A model generated the notes under the pieces. The model was given only the letters and a program-made list of their open reading frames with translations. It was not told the DNA's origin and searched no databases. Both the position numbers and the translations under genes were made by a program. Source: Candidatus Woesearchaeota archaeon (GTDB taxonomy: Archaea > Nanobdellota > Nanobdellia > Woesearchaeales > JACJVW01). Taken from it: a stretch of 64,000 nucleotides of DNA. Position 1 is the stretch's first letter; each line of letters opens with the position of its first letter. The DNA lies in contig JACJVW010000003.1 of the NCBI GenBank assembly GCA_020637435.1, positions 4,787-68,786 on the forward strand, in the 5' to 3' direction. Below are positions 9,320 to 19,106 of the stretch, piece after piece.

Positions 9320-10048
9320 ATGGCTAAGCAGAATGCACATCTTTTTCTGAATAGCGTCGCGTTTGTATTAGGTTTTTCGGTGGTGTTCTCTGCGATGGGA
9401 GTATCGCTGCAGACTACTCTTTCATCGATCAGTTTTGAACTGCAGGGATTCTTGGCTAAGCTTGGAGGAATCATCATCATCTTCTTTGGTCTTTATCTGC
9501 TGAACATTGTCAAGGTCCCTTTCCTGCAGAAGGAGATCAGGATCTCTGTGCACAAGAAATTTTCATCAGCCTATATCTCATCTTTCGTTTTTGGAGCCGC
9601 GTTCGCCATCGGCTGGTCTCCCTGTGTAGGGGCTATACTCGGAGCAATACTTGCGCTTGCCATAAGCTACCCTGCGCTAGCGTTCTTCCTTATGGTTGCT
9701 TATTCGCTTGGCTTGAGCATCCCTTTTTTGATCGTTGGTTATTTTGCGGATGAAGCGAGAGGTTGGGTGAAAAAATACACCGCTTCGCTTCGCTATGCGA
9801 GCAAGGTCTTTGGGGCTATCCTCATCGTTCTAGGAGTTCTTGTCTTCACTGGCAATCTTGGTGCGATCTCCAGTCTGGAATGCACAGATCAGGGTCTTGG
9901 GAAGATCACTCACAGCCTGCTTGGTAACCAGCCTTTACATCTGGGTATCGCGTTCCTTGCAGGACTGGTCTCGTTCCTAAGCCCTTGCGTCCTGCCGCTG
10001 ATTCCGGCTTTTCTGACCTATCTGGCCTCATTGCTAGTCAAACACTAA
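9320..10048 (+). CDS. ccdA: CcdA/DsbD-family thiol-disulfide transporter, apparently circularly permuted
   Basis: GWSPCVGAILG motif mid-protein; AFLAGLVSFLSPCVLPLIP motif at the C-terminus. Confidence 0.9.
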   Translation: MAKQNAHLFLNSVAFVLGFSVVFSAMGVSLQTTLSSISFELQGFLAKLGGIIIIFFGLYLLNIVKVPFLQKEIRISVHKKFSSAYISSFVFGAAFAIGWSPCVGAILGAILALAISYPALAFFLMVAYSLGLSIPFLIVGYFADEARGWVKKYTASLRYASKVFGAILIVLGVLVFTGNLGAISSLECTDQGLGKITHSLLGNQPLHLGIAFLAGLVSFLSPCVLPLIPAFLTYLASLLVKH

Positions 10049-10079
10049 TTTTATTAAGGTCAAAGGTCCTACAATTGCT

Positions 10080-10619
10080 ATGAAAAGAGGTCAATCCTCG
10101 ACCGAATCACTGATGGTCTATGGAATAGGGTTGCTAATGATCGTAGCGGTGATAGCTTCCCTATCATTCTTCGGGGTCATCAATCCAGAATCTTTGATTC
10201 CTGGAAGCTGCTTATTTGACAGTGAACTGGAGTGTATGGACGCGACCATCGAAGGAGGCAATAAGAGTGTGCATCTCGCTTTGGTCAACAATAAAGGAAG
10301 AGCTATCGATATTCTCAATGTGTCATTGGCGTTCGCCATTCCCGATAGCTACAGGTGCAATTCTACGCGTATGATGCTTGATGCTGACGGTACTCTCTCA
10401 ACCTACACTCTTACTGATAGCATAGCAGTCGCTGGTCAATTTACGATGAACAATAGGATTCCAGAGTCTTACGGCTTTAGGATCCAGATCGAATGCGCGG
10501 ATGCTAACTGGGTGGTGGATGAGAAAGTGCAAATCAATGTAGAAGTCACTTACCGAAACAGTTATTCTGGACTTATGCACACTGCGCAGGGAACGATCAA
10601 TGCTCGTGTCGGTCAGTGA
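10080..10619 (+). CDS. class III signal peptide (archaeal type IV pilin-like) protein
   Basis: MKRGQSSTESL followed by a hydrophobic helix. Confidence 0.8.
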   Translation: MKRGQSSTESLMVYGIGLLMIVAVIASLSFFGVINPESLIPGSCLFDSELECMDATIEGGNKSVHLALVNNKGRAIDILNVSLAFAIPDSYRCNSTRMMLDADGTLSTYTLTDSIAVAGQFTMNNRIPESYGFRIQIECADANWVVDEKVQINVEVTYRNSYSGLMHTAQGTINARVGQ

Positions 10620-11365
10620 TCAAGCATACCGCAGGCGGCTTCGATGTCAGCACCGCGACTCATCCTTACAAAGCATTTGTAGCCTGTATTCCTGATTATC
10701 TCCTTGAAATGTACTAGATGAGGGCTTTTTTTGAGTGTTCCCTTTTCGTTGTATTCAATAATGTTGAAATTGGTGCTAGGGGCCCAGTCCAATGCTGCAA
10801 GCCTTCTGGCGTCCTCATCTGTGTCATTGACACTGTCTATCAAGGTGTATTGTACCATGATTCCGTTCTTCCCCCTATGCTGATGCGAGAATCTGACGAG
10901 TTCTTGCAGTCCGGCGGCATGAGGAATAAGCTTGTCACGTAGTTCCTGCGTCGACGCATGGACAGAGACGGCGATATTGTAGGGTACATCTATCAGTCTG
11001 TTAAGGTGATAGCCTACGGTGGAGAGAGTTATATGCCTATATGCGAGATTGAATTTTGTATGAATAGCTTCGATAGCAGCACTTACAGCTTTAAAATTAA
11101 GCATCGGTTCACCCATGCCCATGCATACGAGCGCTGTGGGGTTCTGACCTATCATCTGTGCTGCATCGCTAAACTGACCGATTATCTCTTCGCTATTGAG
11201 ATTGCGTCTGAACTTTCCCGTGTGGCAAAAGGTGCAACCTACCGGGCATCCGGACTGGGATGAGACACATACTGTGTATTTCTCATTTTTTGATGGGATG
11301 ATGACAGCGGTATACCCGTCATACTCCAACTTAATAGTCCCGTCGGTTGATGTTATGCTTTGCAT
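10613..11365 (-). CDS. rlmN: radical SAM RNA methyltransferase, RlmN/Cfr family, N-terminally short
   Basis: CVSSQSGCPVGCTFC (CxxxCxxC), MGMGEP, ITLSTVG, GADIEAACG. Confidence 0.85.
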   Translation of the reverse strand: MQSITSTDGTIKLEYDGYTAVIIPSKNEKYTVCVSSQSGCPVGCTFCHTGKFRRNLNSEEIIGQFSDAAQMIGQNPTALVCMGMGEPMLNFKAVSAAIEAIHTKFNLAYRHITLSTVGYHLNRLIDVPYNIAVSVHASTQELRDKLIPHAAGLQELVRFSHQHRGKNGIMVQYTLIDSVNDTDEDARRLAALDWAPSTNFNIIEYNEKGTLKKSPHLVHFKEIIRNTGYKCFVRMSRGADIEAACGMLDH

Positions 11366-11441
11366 GCATATTTCATCAATCAGGACAGACTTATATGCGT
11401 ATCCATAATCATTAAAAGACTCTGATGAATCCTCTCATGCT

Positions 11442-12272
11442 ATGCTACAGCTTTTTAGAGTGCATCAATGGTACAAGAATCTTGTTGTAGCATTGCCATT
11501 GTTCTTTTCCGCGACTGCACTGGATTTGGGGAATATCTGGCAGACTGCAATTACATTCGCACTATTCTGCATCATCTCCTCAGTCAATTACATCCTTAAT
11601 GATGTGCATGACGCTAAGAAAGATAGATTGAATCCTGAGAAAAAGGACAGACCTATCGCTTCTGGCAGGGTCAGTGCTGGAATCGCGATTGCGATCGCTG
11701 TATCACTGTTGTGCATGGGAGTGCTGATAGGGTTTCTCCAACAGTTTGTCATCGCAGTATTGCTGCTACTCTTTTTCCTGATCACGTTCGTCTATTCGTA
11801 TTGGGCAAAAGAACAACCGTATCTGGAGTTTTTTTTTGTCAGCACGAACTATATCATCAGGGCAGTAGCCGGTGCGTACGCGATACAGGTGTATGTAAGT
11901 CCATGGCTTATTCTTGGCACGTTTTTCCTGGCTCTCTACATCATCATTGGCAAGCGATATGCGGAACTTGCTCTTCCAGATATAGAGGCATCACGACCAG
12001 TAATGGTCCACTATAAGTCTGGACATCTACGGGATTTTGTGACCATCGCTACCACATCACTCCTCATCTGCTACGCTCTTTATTCGTTCTCCTCAGCCTA
12101 TACATATCTTGTCTATACTATACCCGTATTCATCTATCTGGTATTCAAGTACAGCACGCATATCTATGCGCAGGATAGTGTCGCACGACATCCGCATAAT
12201 ATCATAAGGGATAGAAATTTTGTGACAGCACTTCTCGTCTATGCTATGCTTGCAGTAATTATCGTCTACTGA
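11442..12272 (+). CDS. UbiA-family prenyltransferase (decaprenyl-phosphate phosphoribosyltransferase-like)
   Basis: QWYKNL, YILNDVHDAKKDRLNPEKKDRPIASG; multiple TM helices. Confidence 0.9.
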   Translation: MLQLFRVHQWYKNLVVALPLFFSATALDLGNIWQTAITFALFCIISSVNYILNDVHDAKKDRLNPEKKDRPIASGRVSAGIAIAIAVSLLCMGVLIGFLQQFVIAVLLLLFFLITFVYSYWAKEQPYLEFFFVSTNYIIRAVAGAYAIQVYVSPWLILGTFFLALYIIIGKRYAELALPDIEASRPVMVHYKSGHLRDFVTIATTSLLICYALYSFSSAYTYLVYTIPVFIYLVFKYSTHIYAQDSVARHPHNIIRDRNFVTALLVYAMLAVIIVY

Positions 12273-12940
12273 GAAGAGATCTCAACTGCCCTTCCTTTCT
12301 TGATGAGCAGCTCTGCGATGTCTCCAGGGAGGTTTGCAACATCCTCTTCCTGGAAAGGACCGTAAACCTCAAGCTCTTTGCCTACAAATTTTGGCACTGC
12401 GTGGGTGAAACGGACCATCTTCTTTAGCGCATTCTCTGATGGAGATGGTTCAGGTTTGTTCTCCACCTTTTTTGGTTCCTGCTTTTCAACAATCACTTTA
12501 ACTTCTGCATCAGTCACCGATGCTTCCCTACCTTCGAGAACTGAGATGAGGATGCCTTTGCGATAGTTCTGCATTGTCCTGACAAGGGAATGGAACAGCT
12601 GCTTTTCGATGTCAAGCAGATTGGTCGTATCGATGATGTTAGAATCTGTCCTTGCCTTGTTCATAGCAAGCATCAGGATCTTCTTCTCACGTCTGTCATA
12701 GAGCTCCTGGAGAATCTTGGCGACATTGCTCAACTGGTTGCGAAGCTTGGCATGTTCGGTCGCTTTGAGCAGATCTATAGTCTGGTTGGCATCTCCTATC
12801 TCAGTCTTCTTGTCAGAGATATAGGTGAGCACATCATCGAAGAATGTTTCGGGAAGCTTTTGGATGTCATCTTTGTACTTCTCTCTACGAAGAAGCTCAA
12901 AGAGTGTCTCATAAGAAATACTTAGATCCTCGTCCCCCAT
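12266..12940 (-). CDS. GINS complex subunit (Gins51-like)
   Basis: LRREKY...IQKLPETF, RREKKIL..A, C-terminal B domain YGPF.EEDVANLP...AELLI.KG.A. Confidence 0.85.
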   Translation of the reverse strand: MGDEDLSISYETLFELLRREKYKDDIQKLPETFFDDVLTYISDKKTEIGDANQTIDLLKATEHAKLRNQLSNVAKILQELYDRREKKILMLAMNKARTDSNIIDTTNLLDIEKQLFHSLVRTMQNYRKGILISVLEGREASVTDAEVKVIVEKQEPKKVENKPEPSPSENALKKMVRFTHAVPKFVGKELEVYGPFQEEDVANLPGDIAELLIKKGRAVEISSQ

Positions 12941-13018
12941 ACCATTTCTGAAAGTCAAATAGGGTATATAAATGTTACACCCCGAAAAATAGGACTGAGA
13001 ATCAAGGTGATAAATGTA

Positions 13019-13432
13019 TCAGTCGCTTCGCTTGCGAAATCCGAACTCCTGGTCTAGCTCTATTGCGGCCTCTTCCCAGTCATCGAGCATGCGGTTGACA
13101 TCTTTTCGTAATTCCTGGACGGAACGTTGCAGACTACCGCCGCGGATGTAGAGTCTTGCTTTGTCACGGACTATGAGGCCCGCTTCGATAAATATCCTGA
13201 TGTGATGGTTGACCCGCGCTTGTTTGATGTCAAGACGCCTTGCAAGCTCTTCACAGCGTACTCCCTTCTGTTCAGCGCTAAGGTTGACCAGTTCTTTGAA
13301 GACTCTTAGCGAAGTGTCTTCTATGTCTCGACCTGTTTGAAGGCCCATGCTATGAAAGAGCCACTGCAGTTCTTTGTCCGGTCTTTCATCAAGCGGTCGG
13401 TCGATCTTCTTTATCCTGAAATATCGGATCAT
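13019..13432 (-). CDS. winged-helix (ArsR-like) transcription regulator
   Basis: EELARRLDIKQARVNHHIRIFIEAGLI HTH pattern. Confidence 0.75.
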   Translation of the reverse strand: MIRYFRIKKIDRPLDERPDKELQWLFHSMGLQTGRDIEDTSLRVFKELVNLSAEQKGVRCEELARRLDIKQARVNHHIRIFIEAGLIVRDKARLYIRGGSLQRSVQELRKDVNRMLDDWEEAAIELDQEFGFRKRSD

Positions 13433-13568
13433 GTATCAAGGAATCCCTTTTCAAATTTATAAATCTTTTGGATAAATTCTATTTTATCTCTTTATTGTCG
13501 ATAAGAAGTCGATAAAATTAGCAAAGTTTATAAGCAAATTCATGTTAACGGGCCTGTGAGGTGAGGCA

Positions 13569-15647
13569 ATGACCAAACTTACAGTCGAAGAAGCAGTCCA
13601 GATGGACGTAGGAAGGAATATCGCGCGTATACCACGAAGAGCTATGGAGTCTTTGGGAGTTGCGCAGGGTGATGCCATATTTATCAAAGGGAAGGTCAAG
13701 ATAGCAGCGCAGGTGTATCCTATCCGTAGTGAGGATGAGTCGAAGGATATCATCCGCATGGATGGCAATATGCGAATGCTTGCGCAGTCTAGCCTATCTA
13801 CTCTTGTTGAGATAGCGAAGGCTCAATATAAAGATGCTAAATCTATCACGCTAGCACCTATAGAAGGATCGACATTCTTTGCGGACCAGAACTTTTTCAA
13901 GTCCCGCTTTGAAGGCTACATCACCCAGAAGAACTCTATCATCACAGTAGATTATATGGGTAGGCAGGGCTTCTACACAGTCGTGAAGGTTTCACCTGCC
14001 GGAGTTGTGCGGCTCAGTGCAGAGACCAAGATACAGATTTCTGAAAAACCTGTCAAAGAGATAAAGACACCGAATGTCAGTTACGAAGATATAGGTGGTC
14101 TTTCACGGGAGATTGAGCTAGTTCGTGAGATGGTAGAGATCCCCATGAAGCACCCCGAGGTCTTCGACAGGCTTGGCATCAGCTCACCTAAAGGTGTACT
14201 GATGACCGGTCCTCCCGGTACCGGTAAGACATTGCTGGCAAAAGCTGTAGCGAGCGAAACAGATTCAGCTTTTTATTCCATTGCCGGTCCTGAGATCATG
14301 AGCAAGTTCTATGGGGAATCGGAGAAGCAGCTTAGAGAAATATTTGAGGAAGCGGAGAAGAATGCACCTGCGATCATCTTTATCGATGAGATAGATTCTA
14401 TCGCGCCAAAGCGTGAAGAGACCAGAGACCAGACGGAGAAAAGGATTGTCGCACAATTGCTCACTATCATGGACGGTCTAAAATCGCGAGGTCAGGTCAT
14501 TGTGATGGCAGCGACCAACCGACCGGATGATCTTGATGAGGCATTGCGGCGACCGGGAAGGTTCGACCGTGAACTGAAGATCCATCCCCCAGGACTTGAG
14601 GGTAGGAAAGAGATCCTTCATATCCATAGCAGAGGCATGCCGCTGGCTGAGGACCTGGACATGGATGATCTTGCGCACCGCACAAACGGGTTTACCGGAG
14701 CTGATATCGAAGTACTCTGCAAGGAAGCTGCCATGCGTGCGCTAAGACCTTGGATGCCGTCACTTCAGGATCAGGCAGAAAAGGTTCCTGCGAATGTGCT
14801 TGACAAGATTCAGATAAAGAAAGAACATTTCGATCATGCGCTCACTGTGGTTGAACCCTCAGCTATGCGTGAAGTCCTAATCAATACTCCTACTACTACG
14901 TGGGATGATGTAGGTGGTCTTGGAGAAGCTAAACAGCTGATGAAGGAGGCTATCGAACTACCTTTGAAGAAGCCTGAACTCTTTAAGAAAGCCGGTATCA
15001 AACCCCCGAAGGGAATTCTTTTGCACGGCCCTCCAGGAACGGGAAAGACGCTTATAGCAAAAGCCATCGCTCATGAGAGCAACGCTAATTTCATCTCTAT
15101 CAAGGGACCTGAACTCATCTCTAAATGGGTGGGAGAATCTGAAAAACGTGTTAGGGACATATTCAAGAAGGCACGTCAGGTAGCACCAGCTATTATCTTT
15201 TTTGATGAGTTTGATGCCATCTCCCAGGTGCGGGGTTCATCTACTACGGATTCGACGGAACGTATGGTCAACCAGCTGCTTACGGAACTTGATGGTGTCG
15301 AAAGTCTGGAGAAGGTCACTATTGTTGCTGCAACGAATAGGCCTGATCTTATAGATCCCTCACTGCTTCGACCAGGACGGATTGATGTTAAGATTGAGAT
15401 AGGACTCCCTGATGACGCTACCAGAAAACAGATCTTTGAAGTGCATACAAAGGGCATGCCGCTCAAGGATGTTCAACTGGACGATTACATCGCAGCAACC
15501 ACTGGGATGTCAGGAGCTGAGATAGAGAATATCTGTAGAGAAGCAGGCATGGCAGCTATCCGGAGGGTCGCTGATACCGATCAAGCCGAAGTGGTCATCA
15601 CTAAAACTGATTTCGATGATGCTCTTAAGATTGTGAAGAAGATCTGA
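13569..15647 (+). CDS. cdc48: CDC48/VAT AAA+ ATPase
   Basis: N domain plus two AAA modules: GPPGTGKT twice, FIDEID/FFDEFD, SRH ATNRPD...RPGR.D. Confidence 0.97.
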   Translation: MTKLTVEEAVQMDVGRNIARIPRRAMESLGVAQGDAIFIKGKVKIAAQVYPIRSEDESKDIIRMDGNMRMLAQSSLSTLVEIAKAQYKDAKSITLAPIEGSTFFADQNFFKSRFEGYITQKNSIITVDYMGRQGFYTVVKVSPAGVVRLSAETKIQISEKPVKEIKTPNVSYEDIGGLSREIELVREMVEIPMKHPEVFDRLGISSPKGVLMTGPPGTGKTLLAKAVASETDSAFYSIAGPEIMSKFYGESEKQLREIFEEAEKNAPAIIFIDEIDSIAPKREETRDQTEKRIVAQLLTIMDGLKSRGQVIVMAATNRPDDLDEALRRPGRFDRELKIHPPGLEGRKEILHIHSRGMPLAEDLDMDDLAHRTNGFTGADIEVLCKEAAMRALRPWMPSLQDQAEKVPANVLDKIQIKKEHFDHALTVVEPSAMREVLINTPTTTWDDVGGLGEAKQLMKEAIELPLKKPELFKKAGIKPPKGILLHGPPGTGKTLIAKAIAHESNANFISIKGPELISKWVGESEKRVRDIFKKARQVAPAIIFFDEFDAISQVRGSSTTDSTERMVNQLLTELDGVESLEKVTIVAATNRPDLIDPSLLRPGRIDVKIEIGLPDDATRKQIFEVHTKGMPLKDVQLDDYIAATTGMSGAEIENICREAGMAAIRRVADTDQAEVVITKTDFDDALKIVKKI

Positions 15648-15768
15648 TGGCAGAACGATATATGATCTCTGCTGCTATCACATCCAATGGCATATAACCC
15701 GGGAAACCGTTGTTTGTACGCATCCACTTAGGGAAATAATTTTAACGTCCAAGCGATTTTACCTTTCC

Positions 15769-16614
15769 ATGCACGGCGTGTCTTACCGGTTCAATCACTT
15801 GCTGGCCAGAGCAGAGAGTTTTGTCAAAACTTCCATCTCAGTAGAAAATTCAGGTTATCTGGCAATATTTGACAGGACTCTTGATCTGATCCTGAAGAAG
15901 CTTACTGACGCTTATTTTGAGAGCTCCAATTACTTGGATTGGGTTGTGGATGAGGATCGAGAACGTATTGATCTTATCTTTACTGACGGTATGTACGCAG
16001 AGCACAAAGAAGTGGGACCTTTTTGGCATCAGATACATATACCTATCTCCTATCTTGAGGATATGGAACATCTTGACGCTGCACTGCACGCAGAGTCCAG
16101 ACATGCGATCCACCATAATCTGCACCATGACCGGGGTGTCAGTTTCAAACACTCGGCAAGTAAGGCAGGCACGATCATAAGCGAAACTGTCCATCAAGGT
16201 ACGGATTTTCCGCTTACTATCCCTGATCGGTTCGGCAATGATTTTGATTTTGTCCAGGGTGATGTCCCATACCACTGCAGCGCTTATATTCTGGGGCAGC
16301 TTTCTCCTCAACCTCTTGAAAGACAGATTCAGGTGCAATGGCTTGCACGACAGACGATACGGGAACATAAGGTTGACTCTGATCTGTATCGGCTTACCCT
16401 ATCAGAAAGGGAATTCGATCCTTTGCAGGCTGCTTTCGATTTTCATCGTGGTCGCAGGGATCCTCTACGCACATATGCGTATAAGGAGTATCCATTTGAG
16501 GGATGTAAATTTGAAGGAATGAAGAAAAATTATTATGCTTCTCAGCTTGATTACATTCTATTGCGTCTTGCTACATCATCCATTGATGCATTGCATAAAG
16601 AGATCAGAGTTTGA
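15769..16614 (+). CDS. hypothetical protein
   Basis: 281-aa ORF, no recognisable motif; start uncertain. Confidence 0.55.
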   Translation: MHGVSYRFNHLLARAESFVKTSISVENSGYLAIFDRTLDLILKKLTDAYFESSNYLDWVVDEDRERIDLIFTDGMYAEHKEVGPFWHQIHIPISYLEDMEHLDAALHAESRHAIHHNLHHDRGVSFKHSASKAGTIISETVHQGTDFPLTIPDRFGNDFDFVQGDVPYHCSAYILGQLSPQPLERQIQVQWLARQTIREHKVDSDLYRLTLSEREFDPLQAAFDFHRGRRDPLRTYAYKEYPFEGCKFEGMKKNYYASQLDYILLRLATSSIDALHKEIRV

Positions 16615-17536
16615 ACTGCTCATGCCCTTCATACACGCGCATAGCCCCATCAACATCCCAGCCGCCGTACGTGATGGCCGAAATTGCGTCACAGAGCCTG
16701 ATAGCCTCATCGAGCGGTCGCTGATGTACGTTCCTTCCCGTGGCATTGCCCTTGCCGCCTGCGTAATAGATCTGGTCATGTACGTCCTGAAGGAAATCCC
16801 TGACTCCTTTTTTTGAGCCGCCTGCGCAGACAACGCCTGTATTGCCTGCCGCTTTGATTGCTTCTTTGAACATTTCCCTTGAGTCAAAGCCGTATTTGCT
16901 TGGGTAGTTTACTTTGACGAAATCGGAACCAAGGCACAGAGCTGTTCCGCACGCGCCCGCGATGATATGCGGATCCTTCTCGAAGAGTACCGATTTGCCT
17001 CGTGGATATATCCATAGGACTGTGAGCAGTCCATGCTTGTGAGCTTCACTGATAAGCCGTCCTGCTTCTGTAAGCATATCTGCTTCGTATTCAGATCCAA
17101 GATAGAGTGTGTAGCCTACTGCAAGAACTCGAAGTCCTGATTCTTTCTTGAATCTTACAACATCATCCACGGTCCAAATCTGTCTGGAGACGGGGTCTCT
17201 TTGTTTAGTCTCGACGAGATTGGTCTTAGAGTTAAGCTTGACGAGGTAGCCTATTCCTGGGTATTGTCTTCCGTACCTTGCTATGAGGCCCATCTGTGCC
17301 GCAAAGCAGCCAACGGTGCCGTGATATGCTATCTTAAAGAGGTGTTCGGGATCACTGTCTTCGTCTGCTATTCCCTGGCCGTAGAAATCACTATTAAGGT
17401 GCTCTATCTTCTGGTCACCTGCGAATAGCACCAGTTTTCCTGTGCTTCTGGTCAGTGAGAGAAAGTTCGCGACATACTCATCATGCATGCTGGATGGTAC
17501 ATCAAGCGGAATTGAAACGTCATGTTTAGTAAGCAT
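16604..17536 (-). CDS. class I fructose-bisphosphate aldolase (DhnA family)
   Basis: FAGDQKIEH, YLVKLNSKT, VLWIYPRG, GSDFVKVNYP (Schiff-base Lys), GRNVHQR. Confidence 0.92.
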   Translation of the reverse strand: MLTKHDVSIPLDVPSSMHDEYVANFLSLTRSTGKLVLFAGDQKIEHLNSDFYGQGIADEDSDPEHLFKIAYHGTVGCFAAQMGLIARYGRQYPGIGYLVKLNSKTNLVETKQRDPVSRQIWTVDDVVRFKKESGLRVLAVGYTLYLGSEYEADMLTEAGRLISEAHKHGLLTVLWIYPRGKSVLFEKDPHIIAGACGTALCLGSDFVKVNYPSKYGFDSREMFKEAIKAAGNTGVVCAGGSKKGVRDFLQDVHDQIYYAGGKGNATGRNVHQRPLDEAIRLCDAISAITYGGWDVDGAMRVYEGHEQFKL

Positions 17537-17672
17537 ACTTGTAACCCCCTTTTTAGAGTCAAAAGGGTATATGTACCTTATAAATATTTCCTTCTTGAAA
17601 GCTTTGGTTTTACCACAATTTAGCTTTGGGATACGTCATGACGCTTCTCTCTATAATTCTTAATAAAATAAT

Positions 17673-18527
17673 CTAAGTTGGGACATTTACCATCTTCAAA
17701 CCTTCATCATGAGGTATGCTTCTCCTGTTTAGGTAGGGTGTTAACGCATCGAGTTCATAAGGCTTTATCATCTGCTGGCCATCACAGACACGTTCGCCTT
17801 TGTAGCAGTAGTCGGGGTCGGTATGCACTTCTATCATCACGCCGTCTGCTCCACGTTCTAGTCCACGGATGGCATAGTCGATGACCAGTTCTCGTTTGCC
17901 GGTCGTGTGACTTGGGTCATAGATTAGCGGATATCCAGCGTCTTTAATCTGCGCTATAGCGTCCATATCCGGTTTGAATCTTGTGGTCGTGCTCGTATCC
18001 TTCTGTTCTCCGCGCAAGCATAGCACGATATTGTTGTTGCCGAATTGCGTCAGATATCCTATGCTGTCAAGGTATTGTTGTACAGATAGTCCCAAGGGTC
18101 TCTTGAAGAGGATGGGTTTGTTCCCCGCCTGCGCTGTCTGGTAGCCTACTTCACTGAGGAAGTCTTGTTGTCCGCTGCGCGCTCCTATCTGTATCATATC
18201 TGCTGTAGCTATAACTGATTCCAAAACATCGATGCGCTTTCCATCAGGAGTTCTTCTTGTGACTCCTGTGGCTTCGGTTACAATCGGTATGCCCAGTTTT
18301 TCTCGCATAGCGGCCATACGTTCGAGTCCCATTAGTTCGTCGCCCTGGAATGTGCCTGGGCTGCTTCTTGGTTTGAATGCACCGCCTCTTGCGATGTGCG
18401 TACCGTACCGCATCGCTTCTCCTACTATCTCTGTGTAACGATCATCGACAGCGCATGGTCCTGCGATAAGCACTTTAGCGTTACCTATCTCGATGTTCTG
18501 TATGTTCACTATGTTTCTTACTACCAT
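17673..18527 (-). CDS. aroF: 3-deoxy-D-arabino-heptulosonate 7-phosphate (DAHP) synthase, class I-beta, no regulatory domain
   Basis: IAGPCAV, RGGAFKPRSSP, IQIGARS, DPSHTTG, ADGVMIEVH..P...DG.Q; start taken at ATG 18527 behind a GGAGG SD (alternative 18563). Confidence 0.9.
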   Translation of the reverse strand: MVVRNIVNIQNIEIGNAKVLIAGPCAVDDRYTEIVGEAMRYGTHIARGGAFKPRSSPGTFQGDELMGLERMAAMREKLGIPIVTEATGVTRRTPDGKRIDVLESVIATADMIQIGARSGQQDFLSEVGYQTAQAGNKPILFKRPLGLSVQQYLDSIGYLTQFGNNNIVLCLRGEQKDTSTTTRFKPDMDAIAQIKDAGYPLIYDPSHTTGKRELVIDYAIRGLERGADGVMIEVHTDPDYCYKGERVCDGQQMIKPYELDALTPYLNRRSIPHDEGLKMVNVPT

Positions 18528-18596
18528 TCTTCCTCCTGCTAGGACCGTCGGCAGTTTATACATCAAAAGAAAACGTCTGGTCCCAGGCTTGTCGCT

Positions 18597-18662
18597 CTAG
18601 TACCAGTAAAAAAAGCCAAAGCTAAATCCAAACATCTGCTGTCCGGTGTTCTGGCCTTTCAT
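18597..18662 (-). CDS. aromatic-residue-rich leader peptide MKGQNTGQQMFGFSFGFFYWY
   Basis: Manual translation; 8 of the last 11 codons are Phe, Tyr or Trp; directly upstream of DAHP synthase. Confidence 0.75.
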   Translation of the reverse strand: MKGQNTGQQMFGFSFGFFYWY

Positions 18663-18686
18663 TATGTGATTATTGGGGAGAACACC

Positions 18687-18694
18687 TATATAAA
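18687..18694 (-). promoter_or_regulatory. TATA box of the leader-DAHP synthase transcript
   Basis: TTTATATA on the minus strand about 25 nt before the leader ATG. Confidence 0.6.
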
Positions 18695-18712
18695 ATTTAT
18701 TAAAAAAAGTAG

Positions 18713-18970
18713 TCAGTCATCACCAAGTCGGTCAGCGAAGGCGATAGTCTCCATGACTCTCTTGATCTTTATCCGTACTTTTTCTCCTACTTCTGTATTC
18801 TGTACGAACACAGTGTATCCTTCGACTTTTACGATACCGTCGCCTTTCTTTCCGATATCTTCTATGGTGACATCGAATTCCTGTCCTTTTTGGATGCTTG
18901 TGACTTGGCTTCTCCTTTGAGAACCTGAATCCTGTCTTCTGTTGTCAGTTGCATATTGATCTCTTTCCAT
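18713..18970 (-). CDS. TRAM-domain RNA-binding (cold-shock-like) protein
   Basis: GQEFDVTIEDIGKKGDGIVKVEGYTVFV...VGEKVRIKI; start uncertain (18970-19012). Confidence 0.92.
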   Translation of the reverse strand: MERDQYATDNRRQDSGSQRRSQVTSIQKGQEFDVTIEDIGKKGDGIVKVEGYTVFVQNTEVGEKVRIKIKRVMETIAFADRLGDD

Positions 18971-19106
18971 CCTTCTTCTTTCCATGAGGATCACATATGC
19001 AGAATACTTCACAGGTTAATAAACAAATCGGCTGTTTACTTTGAGGATTCTTGCGTACATGGACGAAGTGGATTCATTGTTCAATATACTGGTCTTAGAC
19101 AAGACC

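Noticed and set aside
15647-15697. 16-codon ORF coupled to the cdc48 stop, faintly like a MetRS N-terminus
   Set aside because: Too short, with no continuation or HIGH motif
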